Counted from the first letter of the stretch, positions 26,318-36,822 are shown. The stretch: DNA of 64,000 bases from Desulfatiglandales bacterium (GCA_963662465.1 OY759599.1:3872001-3936000), one strand, 5' to 3'. Translations and numbers: made by a program. Notes: generated from the letters alone by a model not told the origin.

Positions 26318-28273
26318 CTAAGCCTCATTCAGTTCTGCTATGTTTGCGTAAAAGTCCAGAGCGTCCGGGTTGCTCAATGCATCCTTGTTCAGCACCGGTT
26401 GTCCCTCGATGGTTTTCTTCACGGCCAGTTCCACTTTTTTCATATTCAGGGTGTAGGGGATGTCAGGCACAGCGATGATTTTGGCCGGTACATGTCTGGG
26501 GGAGGCATGGGTTCTGAGGGTTGTCTTAATCTGTTTTTTCAGATCTTCGCTAAGGGTTTGGCCTTCCGCCATTTTTACGAAGAGAACCACCCGAACGTCA
26601 TTTTTCCACTTTTGCCCCACCACCAGGCAGTCGGCGATTTCAGGAATCTGTTCAACCTGGCGGTATATTTCCGCCGTTCCGATTCTCACGCCCCCAGGGT
26701 TCAATGTGGCGTCGGACCGTCCATAAATAACCACGCCCCCCCGGTCGTTGATTTCGATAAAATCCCCGTGTCGCCAGATATTGGGATACACATCGAAGTA
26801 GGCCGAATGATACCGTTCGCCCTTAGGGTCGTCCCAGAAATAGATGGGCATGCAAGGCGCGGGCGCCGTACAGACCAGTTCCCCCTGTTCATTGATGACC
26901 GGTTTTCCGTCGGGGTCAAAAGCCTCCACCTTCATGGCCAGCTGTCGGCACTGAAGTTCACCGGCATAGACCGGGCCCATGGGGTTGCCGCCGGCAAAGC
27001 ATCCATTGATGTCCGAGCCTCCCGATATGGAAGCCAGTTGCAGGTCGCTTTTGACTTCGTTGTAGATGAATTCGAACCCTTCCTCGGAAAGGGGCGAACC
27101 CGTTGACATGAGGGCCTTCAGTGGAGAAAGATCGTATTCTTTTCCGGGGCAAACGCCGGCATTCTGCAAGGCAGCAATGTATCCCGCGCTGGTGCCGAAA
27201 ATGGTGATTTTTTCGTCCTGGGCCATTTTCCAAAGGGCGCCTGGATTGGGATGAAAGGGATTTCCGTCAAAGAGTACGAGGGTCGCTCCCACGCTCAGTG
27301 AAGTTGTGAGCCAGTTCCACATCATCCATCCGCAGGTGGTAAAATAAAATATTCTGTCCTTACGCTTAAGATCCGCATGGAGCAGCAGCTCTTTCATCTG
27401 ATGGATCAGGATGCCCCCCGCGCTCTGGACCATGCATTTGGGAAGCCCCGTGGTGCCGGAGGTAAACATGATGTACAGGGGATGGTCGGCGGGAAGTTGT
27501 TCAAACTGAATTTCAGTCGGTTCAAAGGTGGATCTGATGTCATTGTAGCTGACGGCATTGGGAACATGGCTAATGTCGGGATTTTTATGAACGTAGGGCG
27601 TCACGACGACCTTTTCAATGGAAGGCAGGTTTTTCAAGATATCCGCTACCCGGCCCAGGGAATCCAATTCTTTCCCCTTGAAGAGATACCCGTCGGCGGT
27701 AAACAGGATTTTGGGTTTGATCTGACCGAAGCGATCCAGTACGCCTTTGATGCCGAAGTCAGGTGAACAGGAGGACCATGCGGCGCCAAGGCTGGTTGTC
27801 GCCAGCATGGCAATGATGGTCTCGGGAATATTCGGCATGAAGCCCGCTACGCGATCATCGGGACCCACGCCCATCTTTTTAAGGTACTGGGCCAGCTGGG
27901 ACACCTCATCATAGAGCTGTGCATAGGTGATTTGAATGGTGTCGCGACTTTCGCCTTTAAAGACAATGGCCACATGGTCGTCCCGGTAGCGGAGAAGGTT
28001 TTCCGCGAAATTGAGTCTCGCCCCCTGAAACCATTTGGCGCCGGGCATTTTGGTGATATCGTCCACCACCTGTTCGTAGGGTCTGGAAGACTTGATTCGG
28101 GCAAAATCCCACATAGTTGCCCAGAAATCAGATATGTTGTCAATGGACCATTGGTAGAGCTGCTTGTAATCGACGAAATCTTTGTTGAACTTTTCGTTGA
28201 TGATGCCCATAAACCGGTAAATGTTGGAATTTTTGATCCTGTCTTCGGATGGTTGCCATAACAATTTGCCCAT
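26318..28273 (-). CDS. Acetoacetate--CoA ligase
   Basis: RLNFAENLL, SCSPDFG, FTSGTTGLPKC, WMMWNW, SISGGSDI, GRSDATLNPGGVRIGTAEIY. Confidence 0.93.
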   Translation of the reverse strand: MGKLLWQPSEDRIKNSNIYRFMGIINEKFNKDFVDYKQLYQWSIDNISDFWATMWDFARIKSSRPYEQVVDDITKMPGAKWFQGARLNFAENLLRYRDDHVAIVFKGESRDTIQITYAQLYDEVSQLAQYLKKMGVGPDDRVAGFMPNIPETIIAMLATTSLGAAWSSCSPDFGIKGVLDRFGQIKPKILFTADGYLFKGKELDSLGRVADILKNLPSIEKVVVTPYVHKNPDISHVPNAVSYNDIRSTFEPTEIQFEQLPADHPLYIMFTSGTTGLPKCMVQSAGGILIHQMKELLLHADLKRKDRIFYFTTCGWMMWNWLTTSLSVGATLVLFDGNPFHPNPGALWKMAQDEKITIFGTSAGYIAALQNAGVCPGKEYDLSPLKALMSTGSPLSEEGFEFIYNEVKSDLQLASISGGSDINGCFAGGNPMGPVYAGELQCRQLAMKVEAFDPDGKPVINEQGELVCTAPAPCMPIYFWDDPKGERYHSAYFDVYPNIWRHGDFIEINDRGGVVIYGRSDATLNPGGVRIGTAEIYRQVEQIPEIADCLVVGQKWKNDVRVVLFVKMAEGQTLSEDLKKQIKTTLRTHASPRHVPAKIIAVPDIPYTLNMKKVELAVKKTIEGQPVLNKDALSNPDALDFYANIAELNEA

Positions 28274-28378
28274 TTTTCACTCCTTCCGCTATTTAAGATT
28301 TGGCCGGCGCTGAAAAAAGTACCCATATCACTAATTGAACCGGTTTTCAAAAGAAACCGCATTTTATGTTGGATGTGG

Positions 28379-29257
28379 CTATCTCCCGCCGTTCAGTGAT
28401 TTCAGGGCAAGGAATAGGGCGTGGGTACCTGAACGGCCATGCCCCTGCGCTTTAACCGCCAGATATAATTGCTGCACCAAGGCCAACCCTGGAAGGGCCA
28501 GCCCAATTTCCTCGGCTTCCTTGAGGGCGATTCCCATGTCTTTGATGAAATGTTCAACGAAAAACCCGGGATTAAAATCGCCTTTTACGATTCGAGGTCC
28601 TAGATTGCTGATGGACCATGAACCTGCCGCGCCTGTCTCAACAATGTCGATGACCTGCTGCATGTCCAGCCCCTGCCGGTGTGCATAAAGAAGGGCTTCA
28701 CAAACCCCGATCATGGTGCCCGCAACGAGGATTTGGTTGGCCATTTTAGTGTGTTGGCCATTGCCCGCATCGCCCATAAAGGAGATGGTTTTTCCCATGA
28801 TCTGGAAGAGCGGCAGTACGGTTTCAAAAACCTCTCTTTTTCCGCCGACCATAATCGCCAGTTTTGCCTCTTTGGCGCCCACGTCGCCGCCTGAAACCGG
28901 CGCATCAAGGCTTTCGATCCCCAATTTTGCTGCCGCCTCATAGATGATTCTGGCAAGACTCGGCTGGCTGGTGGTCATGTCCACGACGATTTTGCAGGTG
29001 GCATTTTCGTGAAGAATGCCTGTTTTCCCCAGGAAAATATCCTGAACATCTTCCGGATGTCCCACAATGGAAAAAACAATCTCTGAATTTGATGCCACAT
29101 CCGCGGGTGAGTTATACCATGTGGCGCCATGGTCAAGCAGTGTCTGAGCCCGCTTTTTGGAGCGGGTAAAAACAGAAATATCATGCCCCGCCCTCTGAAG
29201 GCGCCCCGCCATGGATGCACCCATTACGCCTGTGCCGATCCAGCCGATTTGCATCAT
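28379..29257 (-). CDS. NAD(P)-dependent beta-hydroxyacid dehydrogenase (3-hydroxyisobutyrate DH family)
   Basis: IGWIGTGVMG, LDAPVSGGDVGA, TKMANQ, KDMGIAL. Confidence 0.9.
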   Translation of the reverse strand: MMQIGWIGTGVMGASMAGRLQRAGHDISVFTRSKKRAQTLLDHGATWYNSPADVASNSEIVFSIVGHPEDVQDIFLGKTGILHENATCKIVVDMTTSQPSLARIIYEAAAKLGIESLDAPVSGGDVGAKEAKLAIMVGGKREVFETVLPLFQIMGKTISFMGDAGNGQHTKMANQILVAGTMIGVCEALLYAHRQGLDMQQVIDIVETGAAGSWSISNLGPRIVKGDFNPGFFVEHFIKDMGIALKEAEEIGLALPGLALVQQLYLAVKAQGHGRSGTHALFLALKSLNGGR

Positions 29258-29374
29258 AATGGTTCTCCTTCGTGCTTTAACGCTATCCTTCCTTCATCGC
29301 ATATGTATTATGTAATATGAATTTGAGCTTTCAATGTCAATCAAATCTATTTATAAAGAGGGAGGGCAATACCC

Positions 29375-29635
29375 ATGAAAAAGATGATGGTCTGTTTGAT
29401 GATGCTGTTGTTTTTGGTCGTTCCGATTTTTGAAAAAACGGCTATTTTTCGATATAACCCCGGCGCCGAGGTTAACAGTCTTGGAACGTGTCAAAGCGGA
29501 AGCAACATAGCGTTGTCTGAAAACGGGGACCATGAGGATGACGATGCCACGGATAACGGTGAGGATCGTATGGATGGCGAATGCACCGAGGTTTTTCTTG
29601 GTGACGAAATATTTTTTCACGTTAATCCGTGTTGA
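29375..29635 (+). CDS. Small acidic, probably secreted hypothetical protein abutting an IS remnant
   Basis: GGAGGG RBS; MKKMMVCLMMLLFLVV signal-like start; 3' end meets the IS66 fragment. Confidence 0.45.
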   Translation: MKKMMVCLMMLLFLVVPIFEKTAIFRYNPGAEVNSLGTCQSGSNIALSENGDHEDDDATDNGEDRMDGECTEVFLGDEIFFHVNPC

Positions 29636-30046
29636 GCCTTCTTTTTTGACTTTTTCTCCTTCTTGCCTATTTGTTCCTTTCTCTCTTTTTCCGAGGATAC
29701 GTCCTTACCTTTGCCGCCTCCTTTATTACCACGGATATTCGGTTTGCCCTGCTCCCCTTTCAACCTGTTGTTTTCATCGCGCAGTCTCTGGGTCTCAATC
29801 TTCAATTTCTCATTTTCTTCACTCAATCTTTCAACAAGATTTAAAAGGACTGAAATGGTTCTAGACAACGCTTCGTTGTCGCGAATACCTGCGTTAAAAT
29901 CGATATTGTGAAGGATTTCTTTTATCTCTTGAGGGCTCATATTTCAAGCATAGCATTATCCGTTCAATTTGTTCTCCAAAAATTGAATCTTTTTTCGTTC
30001 CCCATGCCTTTTTATTTTTTTGCTGAAACTACCAGGGAATTTGAAT
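29617..30046 (-). mobile_element. IS66-family element remnant (left end plus transposase N-terminus 29617-29940)
   Basis: LLNLVERL...QRLRDENNRLKGEQGKPNI...DVSSEKER coiled-coil N-terminus. TACCAGGGAATTTGAAT (30030-30046) is identical to the MITE TIR segment at 4619-4635. Confidence 0.7.
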
Positions 30047-31500
30047 GGGTGCGGCTCTTTTTCGACGACCCGTGAAACAGTTTGCTGTAGTTCATAGCTC
30101 ACCTCATCTACCAGATTATACTATTTGATTACTTTCAGATGACCGCTCTTGGAAAACGGAAGCGGAGTGGAGGTAGGTGGAACGACGCCGCCTGCGTAGA
30201 GATCCTGATGCTTCCGTTTGTATTCACAGGCCTCATGGAAGACCCAATACTCGTCAAAATCCTTGCTGGAGCGCAGGGCGCGCAAGCGTAGTACTGCTTC
30301 GGCGATACTCTCCAACGGTCGTGATTTACACCCTAGGGCGACTTGTTCAGTAGGTAAGTTGCACAGGCATCCACGGGCTCATCTCCGAGTTTTTTGCGTG
30401 TGGCACTACGACGCATCCCACCTGCCATCAAGCCGGCTTTTCCCTTAAGGACTCCGAGAAGACGATGTCGGACCCAATTCTCAAGCTCCGGGCCGAATTT
30501 GGGGTGAAATACTCTGCCTGCTTTCCACACATCGATCACGTGGATAATATCGACGATGACCGTAATATCCACCCCTTTTTCCCTGCCCATACGGTTCAGA
30601 ATATCAAGCTGGGTATTATTGCTATCGACCAGTGCAACCCAGTGCTTCTCCTCATTTGGATCACGGTGAGATGCTTCGTCAAACGCATCTCCGATGACCT
30701 GCTCGGCGGATTTCTCGATACTCGACCATACCCGTTTTTGTTCTGGACGAGGACGTTTCGTCTTAGCGATAGCACAGCTGACTTCGGAGACTATCTCTTC
30801 CGGAGTGCGTTCGAGGGTGTCGGTGGTGTACACGGCCGATACGGTAGCCATTCGCTTGGAATCCTTCTTTTCACCCTGAGAGAGTCGTTTTCCCATCTTT
30901 TGCTTACGCTTTTTGGCTGCCTTCCGGGTCTACTCTCTAAGATCTTCTTCGTGCATCACCACCCCTTTCCCATCGGCAGTGATCACCAGCACCGGGCCCG
31001 TATCCTCGCCCCCTCCGGGTTCGCATTGGCGTATCTCGTAAAAGGCGTCGAAGTCCTGGGCCGCTCGTTGGGTCAATTCTTCGACCTGGCGCTTAGGAAC
31101 ATGGCCGCCGGTGGTCTTTGCGATCGTCTCTACAGTCTCGTCGAAGGAGTTCTTTGCCACCTCAGTGGCCACCCGGTGGCGAAGTTCGAGCGAATAGCGC
31201 TCGGGGGAAAGATTGAGCTCTGCATCCAGCGGATAGAGGCTATCTGTGCTCTCTTGCCCGTATCCAGTACGGCTTGCCCTGACAGTACCAATGGTCTCAA
31301 GGTTCCGCTCATGAAGCCTTACTTGCGGTCGCTCGATACCGTCAGCACCGCGGACAGGTTCATCGCAACGCCCGGGGCTTCGGCTGTCCAGATGCTCCTG
31401 CAGCAGGATGCGCATCAGTTGCCGCCCTCTTTTTTCAAGTTCTCGTTCCAGTTCACTGTGGGACATCGAACAACCCTCCCCGGAATCAACGAAAAATCGG
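30047..31500 (-). mobile_element. ISKra4-family transposase pseudogene
   Basis: Fragments 30930-31466, 30333-30896 and 30121-30315: PLDAELNL...VITADGKGVVM, KRMATV, IVDIIHV, AEAVLRLRAL..DFDEYW. Contains an in-frame TAG and frameshifts; end GGGTGCGGCTCTTT. Confidence 0.8.
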
Positions 31501-31567
31501 TTGAGAGCCTAAAACGGAAACGCTCCATCTGTTTTCTTCTTTACACAACAAAAACTTTGACCTATAA

Positions 31568-31885
31568 GGATATTACAGTGAATACACGGATGTTCTTCAG
31601 AGGGAATATTTTCTCAAATATTTCACGCCATCTGAACGTGAGGATGTCATTGGCTATCTTGTCAAAAATTCCCATTACACCTTATCAAAAGTTATTGCAT
31701 GAGATATGCCTGATGAAGGCGATGCGACCTTTCTGGAAATCGCCTTAAACGAAGGGGTTCTCCTGATCACCGGAAACCTCAAACATTACCCTGAGCCCGC
31801 AAGAATGGAGTATCGCGTCTTAACGCCCCGGCAATTTATCGATGATTATCCGGCAATAGCAGAGCAACGTGGCGAAACCGGATAA
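31568..31885 (+). pseudogene. PIN-domain toxin fragment
   Basis: SEYTDVLQR...*DMPDEGDATFLEIA...LITGNLKHYP...VLTPRQF; 5' part missing, internal TGA 31700-31702. Confidence 0.65.
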
Positions 31886-31929
31886 AGCGTAAAAAACTTT
31901 TGGGCATAAATTTAAGGAGGGGATCACTG

Positions 31930-32331
31930 ATGAAACATCAAGAAAACGAATGGATTGTTCCGGTTATTCTGGCGGCGCTGTGTCTGGCCCTGGCAGGCTG
32001 CGCGGCATTGCAAAAAAATAATGTAACCGATGTGGAAGGACTGCTTGAAAGGGCGGGTTTCAGCAAAATGGCGGCCGACACCCCGCAAAAGCTGGCCCAT
32101 CTGAAGTCTCTGCCGCAGCATAAGTTCATCCCGCACGAACGCGACGGCAGGAAATATATTCTGTATGCGGACGCCGCCTATTGTGAGTGCCTCTATGTGG
32201 GGAACGAGACCACTCTTCAACACTATCGAATGCTTGATATTCAACAGAACGAAAACCCGGTGGAGTTATTGAACCGGCCCGATATCGTGACGGGGGAGGA
32301 ATTCTCTGATATCTGGGGACCCTCCAGGTAA
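31930..32331 (+). CDS. Hypothetical lipoprotein
   Basis: AGGAGG RBS; lipobox LAGC; LLERAGF..ADTP, YADAAYCECLYVG. Confidence 0.75.
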   Translation: MKHQENEWIVPVILAALCLALAGCAALQKNNVTDVEGLLERAGFSKMAADTPQKLAHLKSLPQHKFIPHERDGRKYILYADAAYCECLYVGNETTLQHYRMLDIQQNENPVELLNRPDIVTGEEFSDIWGPSR

Positions 32332-32425
32332 AACGCGAATGGTCGGAATATTGCCTACGGCCAGTGGTTCGGTTTAAGTTGGCGGAGAAAATTGTCAACG
32401 GGCCAACAGAGAATTCCATCAACCA

Positions 32426-32556
32426 TCAGTTTCTCTGTAATGGATGGAAACGGGTTAAAAGAGCACGACCCACCATCAAGTTTACGCCGCTGCGGCGCAG
32501 TTTTCGAGCACTGGAACCCATCAGGGTAAAGTGGACTTTCCAGTAAATTTTTCCGT
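32426..32556 (-). pseudogene. Fragment of AAA_14/DUF4143-type ATPase
   Basis: FTLMGSSARKLRRSGVNLMVGRALLTRFHPL resembles the family motif TGSSARKL...NLLAGRA...HPL. Confidence 0.55.
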
Positions 32557-32778
32557 CATTTCCCCATTTTACTATCACAAAATTAACCTTCCAGGTAAAA
32601 ATTGCGCCCCAATTTTACCCTTTCAGGCTAAAAATGCAAAGCATATCTTTTCGAATGGCGGCAAAATAAATCGCCTGGGTACGTCGTCGTACAATATCAT
32701 TTGGCACAAATTCAGAAAATCTGCTAGAAGAAGAGCATTGAACATATACGAAAAGCAATCACTGACAGAGGAGCTGGA

Positions 32779-33555
32779 ATGAAAAAGCGAATCATTATCC
32801 TGTACATCTGCTGCCTGCTGTGGGCCGCCGGATGCGCCGTGCATCAACCGCGCAACACCATCACCCAGACATCCACCATCGACGCCCTGCTGGCGGGAGT
32901 TTATGACGGTCAAATGTCCTGCGCCCAACTCATGACCCACGGCAACCTGGGAATCGGCACCTTTGACCATCTGGACGGGGAGATGATCCTCTTGAACGGA
33001 GAGATTTACCAGGTAAAATCCAACGGAAAAGTCTACCGACCTCATACGACCCTCACCACCCCCTTTGCTGCGGTTTGCGAATTTTTGCCGGATGATGCCA
33101 TTGCCTTTGAAACCCCCATCACCTATGCCAAACTCAAAAAACGCCTGAACGAACGAATACCCAACCAAAACCTGTTCTGCGCCTTCAAAATCACGGGCCA
33201 TTTCAAGAACGTCCATACCCGGAGCGTTCCGGCCCAACAAAAGCCCTATCCGCCCCTGGTAAAAGTGACCGCCAACCAACCGGAATTCAGGGCAACAAAC
33301 ATTGACGGAACCATTGTGGGGTTTCGATGTCCGCCCTTTGTAAAGGGCATCAACATTCCGGGCTACCATCTGCATTTCCTGAGCAATTCCAAAGAATTCG
33401 GTGGGCACCTGCTGGGGTTTGAAATGGAAAATGGCCGATGCGCGGTGGATATCTGCAACCAATTTGTTTTGATATTACCGGAAAACAGGGATGCCTTGAA
33501 ATCCGTGGACCTAACCAGGGACCGAAGCAAGGAGCTGAAACAGGCTGAACAATAG
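32779..33555 (+). CDS. budA: Alpha-acetolactate decarboxylase with lipoprotein signal peptide
   Basis: QTSTIDALLAGVYDG, GNLGIGTF..LDGEM, TRSVP, GYHLHF...GGH; lipobox AAGC. Confidence 0.9.
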   Translation: MKKRIIILYICCLLWAAGCAVHQPRNTITQTSTIDALLAGVYDGQMSCAQLMTHGNLGIGTFDHLDGEMILLNGEIYQVKSNGKVYRPHTTLTTPFAAVCEFLPDDAIAFETPITYAKLKKRLNERIPNQNLFCAFKITGHFKNVHTRSVPAQQKPYPPLVKVTANQPEFRATNIDGTIVGFRCPPFVKGINIPGYHLHFLSNSKEFGGHLLGFEMENGRCAVDICNQFVLILPENRDALKSVDLTRDRSKELKQAEQ

Positions 33556-33621
33556 ACGCCACACGAACAGCCCTCACAATATGGGCAGAACAAATTCACC
33601 GTGGGCATGATGATATTTTTA

Positions 33622-33650
33622 TTGACACGCCAAACCTTAAGGATTATAAT
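33622..33650 (+). promoter_or_regulatory. Perfect-consensus sigma-70 promoter
   Basis: TTGACA-17 bp-TATAAT. Confidence 0.85.
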
Positions 33651-33826
33651 GAAAAGTTATTTTTCGCATAAATACTATTGCAAGATTGTAATGTTCCTGA
33701 AAGGTTGAGGTAAGCTTCAGCAGGTATCCTCCCGGTCAAGTCCGGCATTTTTGCCGAGGAAAATCCCACAGTAAAGCATTTTACCGGAACCTGATGTTTT
33801 GGAATAGGTTTTTAAAAGGAGATATC

Positions 33827-33985
33827 ATGTCAAAAAAAAGAGTCATCAGCGAAGAGGTCTTTGCCGCCATGTTGGATCAGGCCATTGAAGATTTAAAGCG
33901 GAGCGGTCTGGATGCCATCGAGGTCTTTTCCATTGTAGAAGAGAACTTCGGCATTACCTATGCCCGCAGGTTCTGCGGCAACTGA
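33827..33985 (+). CDS. Small hypothetical protein (52 aa)
   Basis: AAGGAGATATC-ATG RBS; MSKKRVISEEVFAAMLDQAIEDLKRSG... Confidence 0.6.
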   Translation: MSKKRVISEEVFAAMLDQAIEDLKRSGLDAIEVFSIVEENFGITYARRFCGN

Positions 33986-34035
33986 TAAGCAACCCGGAAG
34001 CGCCTGTCGACGGCAGTTGAAGGACAACCCAACTC

Positions 34036-34662
34036 ATGCCCCCCTCCCCTGCAACCCTTGAAATTTTTACCGATTGCACCTGTCCCTGGTGCTACTTCAT
34101 GGCCGGGCGGATTGCGCAACTCAAAAAAGAATATGTCATTCAAATCCGGCGTCGGGCGTTTCCCTTCCATTCGGATGCCCCGGAAGACGGTGTATCATTA
34201 GGAGCCTTTTTTTCGGATAATCTGCTTGTCATTGAAGAAAGGATGCGAAACCTGAAGGAAACAGCCAAGGAATTGGGTCTGCCTTTTGTTTTGCCGGAAA
34301 TGATCTATAACAGTCGTTCGGCCCAGGAACTGGGCTTTTGGGCTGAATCGAAAGACAAAGGAAATGTTTTTCTCCAGGCCCTTTACAAAGCCTATTTTGT
34401 GGACGGAAAAAACATTGCAAAAATTCCTGTATTGGCCGATATCGCCACGTCAGTAGACCTTCCGGGTGAAAATATTGCCAAAATCATTAACACTGGGGCG
34501 TTTAAGGAATATGTGAGCCGGGATTGGGTCTTGGCGGAAGAGATGAATATTCTGGTTCTGCCCACATTTATGCTGAATGGGGATCGCCTGGTTGGGGCCC
34601 AGCCCTACCACAAACTTCAGCGGCTGATGGAAAAAAACGGCGTTGTCATGAAAAGAAGGTAA
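34036..34662 (+). CDS. DsbA/FrnE-family oxidoreductase
   Basis: LEIFTDCTCPWCYF, YNSRSAQEL, LPTF...LVGAQPY. Confidence 0.85.
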   Translation: MPPSPATLEIFTDCTCPWCYFMAGRIAQLKKEYVIQIRRRAFPFHSDAPEDGVSLGAFFSDNLLVIEERMRNLKETAKELGLPFVLPEMIYNSRSAQELGFWAESKDKGNVFLQALYKAYFVDGKNIAKIPVLADIATSVDLPGENIAKIINTGAFKEYVSRDWVLAEEMNILVLPTFMLNGDRLVGAQPYHKLQRLMEKNGVVMKRR

Positions 34663-34665
34663 CCA

Positions 34666-35763
34666 ATGGGTGACGGCACTCGAAATGAACAGGAACTGTT
34701 TTCTGAAAAAATGGTTCAAATACTCAATCAAGGGGCCTTGAACCTTGCCATGGGACTTGGGTATCGAATGGGCCTTTTCGATGTTATGGATACGTTTAAG
34801 GGGCCCGCTTCCGTATCCATGATTTCCCAGGCAGCCGGCCTGAATGCCCGGTATGTTCTGGAATGGTTGGGCATTATGGCCACGGGCGGTATTGTGACGC
34901 TGTCCCGGGACAGTGACGGCCAGGATCTTTTCCGCTTGCCCAAGGCCCACGCGGACGTGATTACGCGCCGGTCCGGAAACGCCAATCTGGGGGTTTATAC
35001 CCAGGAGATTCCCCTGCTGACCGCTTCCGTCTATGATGCGTTGGCCCACGGGTTTCAGACGGGAGAAGGCATTTCATACGAGCACTACCCCAGGTTTCAA
35101 CGGTTCATGGGACAACTGGCCGACGCCAAACATAACCAGGTCCTGGTGAACCTGTTTCTGCCCTCGGTGGAAAATGGAGAGATGGTTAAAAAACTGAACC
35201 GGGGTATCTCCGTTTGCGATCTAGGATGCGCCGAAGGGGTGGCCCTCATCCTCATGGCGGAGTCCTTTCCGAACAGCCGGTTTGTGGGCATCGACCTATC
35301 CGAAGCGATCATTTCAAAAGCAGAAGCCAAAGCCAAGGCAAAAGGATTGCGGAACATCTCTTTCCTGAACGAAGACGCCGCCCTCCTTGAGGACCAACAC
35401 CTTCGGCTCAAAACCTTTGATTATGTGACCGCTTTTGATGCCATCCACGACCAGACCCGACCGTTGGAAACCTTGAAAGGGGTCTTCGCCATATTGAAGG
35501 ACGGGGGCGTCTTTTCCATGGTGGATATTGCGGCCGCAAGCAATCTTTCCGAAAACATGGCCCACCCCATGGGCATGTTTCTCTACACCGTCAGCCTCAT
35601 GCACTGTATGCCGGTGGGGCTCATGGATGGGGGCGCCGGACTCGGAATGATGTGGGGCCGTGAAAAGGCGGTTTCAATGCTCAAGGAAAGCGGTTTTGAT
35701 CAAGTTTCGGTTGAAGAAATACCCGAAGATCCGTTTAATCTTCATTTCTTTTGCAGGAAGTAA
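34666..35763 (+). CDS. Class I SAM-dependent methyltransferase with N-terminal winged helix
   Basis: LGYRMGLFD..LNARYVLEWL, VCDLGCAEG, FDAIHDQ, YTVSLMHCMP, GLGMMWG. Confidence 0.88.
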   Translation: MGDGTRNEQELFSEKMVQILNQGALNLAMGLGYRMGLFDVMDTFKGPASVSMISQAAGLNARYVLEWLGIMATGGIVTLSRDSDGQDLFRLPKAHADVITRRSGNANLGVYTQEIPLLTASVYDALAHGFQTGEGISYEHYPRFQRFMGQLADAKHNQVLVNLFLPSVENGEMVKKLNRGISVCDLGCAEGVALILMAESFPNSRFVGIDLSEAIISKAEAKAKAKGLRNISFLNEDAALLEDQHLRLKTFDYVTAFDAIHDQTRPLETLKGVFAILKDGGVFSMVDIAAASNLSENMAHPMGMFLYTVSLMHCMPVGLMDGGAGLGMMWGREKAVSMLKESGFDQVSVEEIPEDPFNLHFFCRK

Positions 35764-35849
35764 CCTCTTGGTTTTTGGCATCTTTCAAAAAAGCGCAAAA
35801 GTAGTTTACATTTTTCCATGAAAATACATCCTCCAGTGTGGTATTTCCT

Positions 35850-35904
35850 CCTGTGGGGGAGACTTTCAGCCTCGACTGTCGCGGCGGAACGCCGCTCTCA
35901 CAGG
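35850..35904. repeat. Decayed REP doublet
   Basis: CCTGTGGGGGAGACTTTCAGCCTCGA-CTG-TCGCGGCGGAACGCCGCTCTCACAGG imperfect inverted repeat. Confidence 0.6.
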
Positions 35905-36649
35905 GGAGTTTCGTGCTTGGAAACGAGAGGTATGGAGACAAAAGTGTAAACTGGAAAATGAAGAATACCACAAGGATGCCAAATTTTTCCTTCAGAAAAA
36001 TACCATTCCGAACAAGGAAGTCAGTCTGTCAATGATGACTTTGTCGCGCAAAATATTCCCGGAATCGTTCCAGTGAGCCATTGAATCGCCAAAAACAAGC
36101 TAACAGCTAAACGGGTCTGTACGCCAAGGTTGCACCTGAAAATAAAATTCCCCCTATATTCAACTAGCTGATCTCCAGCATACTATTCAAATTGGTTCGT
36201 TGAAAAACCAATAACCACAATTTTGCTTTATCACAGAGATTTCGTAAACATTTTTTCCTTGACATGCAATTCCAATTTTTGTAAGCGTTTTGCTAAAAAT
36301 AATGATTTTTCTACCGATTCACTTTGCCACTTCCTGGGTAGATATAAGCTAACAGGTAATTCTTTTTCATTATTACAGGACTTTGTTCAAAAAATCACAT
36401 GGTCCAGATTGATTGAGTAACATTCAATGCCAAAAGCCTAAATTGTCAAAGTACAATTTTTCGAAAACTCAAAAATTTTAGGAGAATTGAAGAAGTGACG
36501 AGTAAAAAATATTCCCAACAAAGCATGATTCGGATGCTGAAGTTTGTTAAGTTCTCTTTATTATTTTTTTCTATCCTTCTTTTTTCAGAAAATGCGATTG
36601 CTGATACTGCAAATTCAGAACGTTACACCGAACCTATTGTAGTAACTTA

Positions 36650-36821
36650 CAGAGATCCTGGTAAATGACCTTTTTTTGACGTAACCTATTGAAATTGCGA
36701 GAAAAGTCCTTTTCAAAATTGATTGCGTATTGTCAAGCTACAACTGATTGATTTTATTGATATTTATCTAAAAGTTCTGCACGCGTTTTTTGAGAAAAAA
36801 AGGCATTTACCATGATCTCTG
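36650..36821. mobile_element. 172-bp MITE
   Basis: TIRs CAGAGATCCTGGTAAATGACCTTTTTTT and revcomp CAGAGATCATGGTAAATG-CCTTTTTTT; no clear TSD. Confidence 0.75.
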
Positions 36822-36822
36822 A

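Noticed and set aside
31700..31702. In-frame TGA in the PIN gene as selenocysteine
   Set aside because: The gene is 5'-truncated, the position is not a recognisable conserved Cys, and no convincing SECIS follows.
30465..31748. 427-aa plus-strand ORF
   Set aside because: Antisense shadow of the ISKra4 pseudogene with no recognisable motifs; other long antisense ORFs (736-1704, 39788-40741, 47139-47990, 56614-57609) are rejected for the same reason.
32482..32559. Tiny minus-strand selenopeptide MTEKFTGKSTLP-U-WVPVLENC
   Set aside because: Another frame of the same DNA matches an AAA_14/DUF4143 ATPase motif; poor RBS spacing.
33690..33795. Assignment of the leader to the cobalamin or Moco riboswitch class
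   Set aside because: Core motifs (GGGAA, GCCACUG, B12 box) are not present; kept only as an unknown structured leader.
34075..34095. DsbA/FrnE as a selenoprotein
   Set aside because: The CPWC motif is encoded by TGT/TGC; this is the Cys form.
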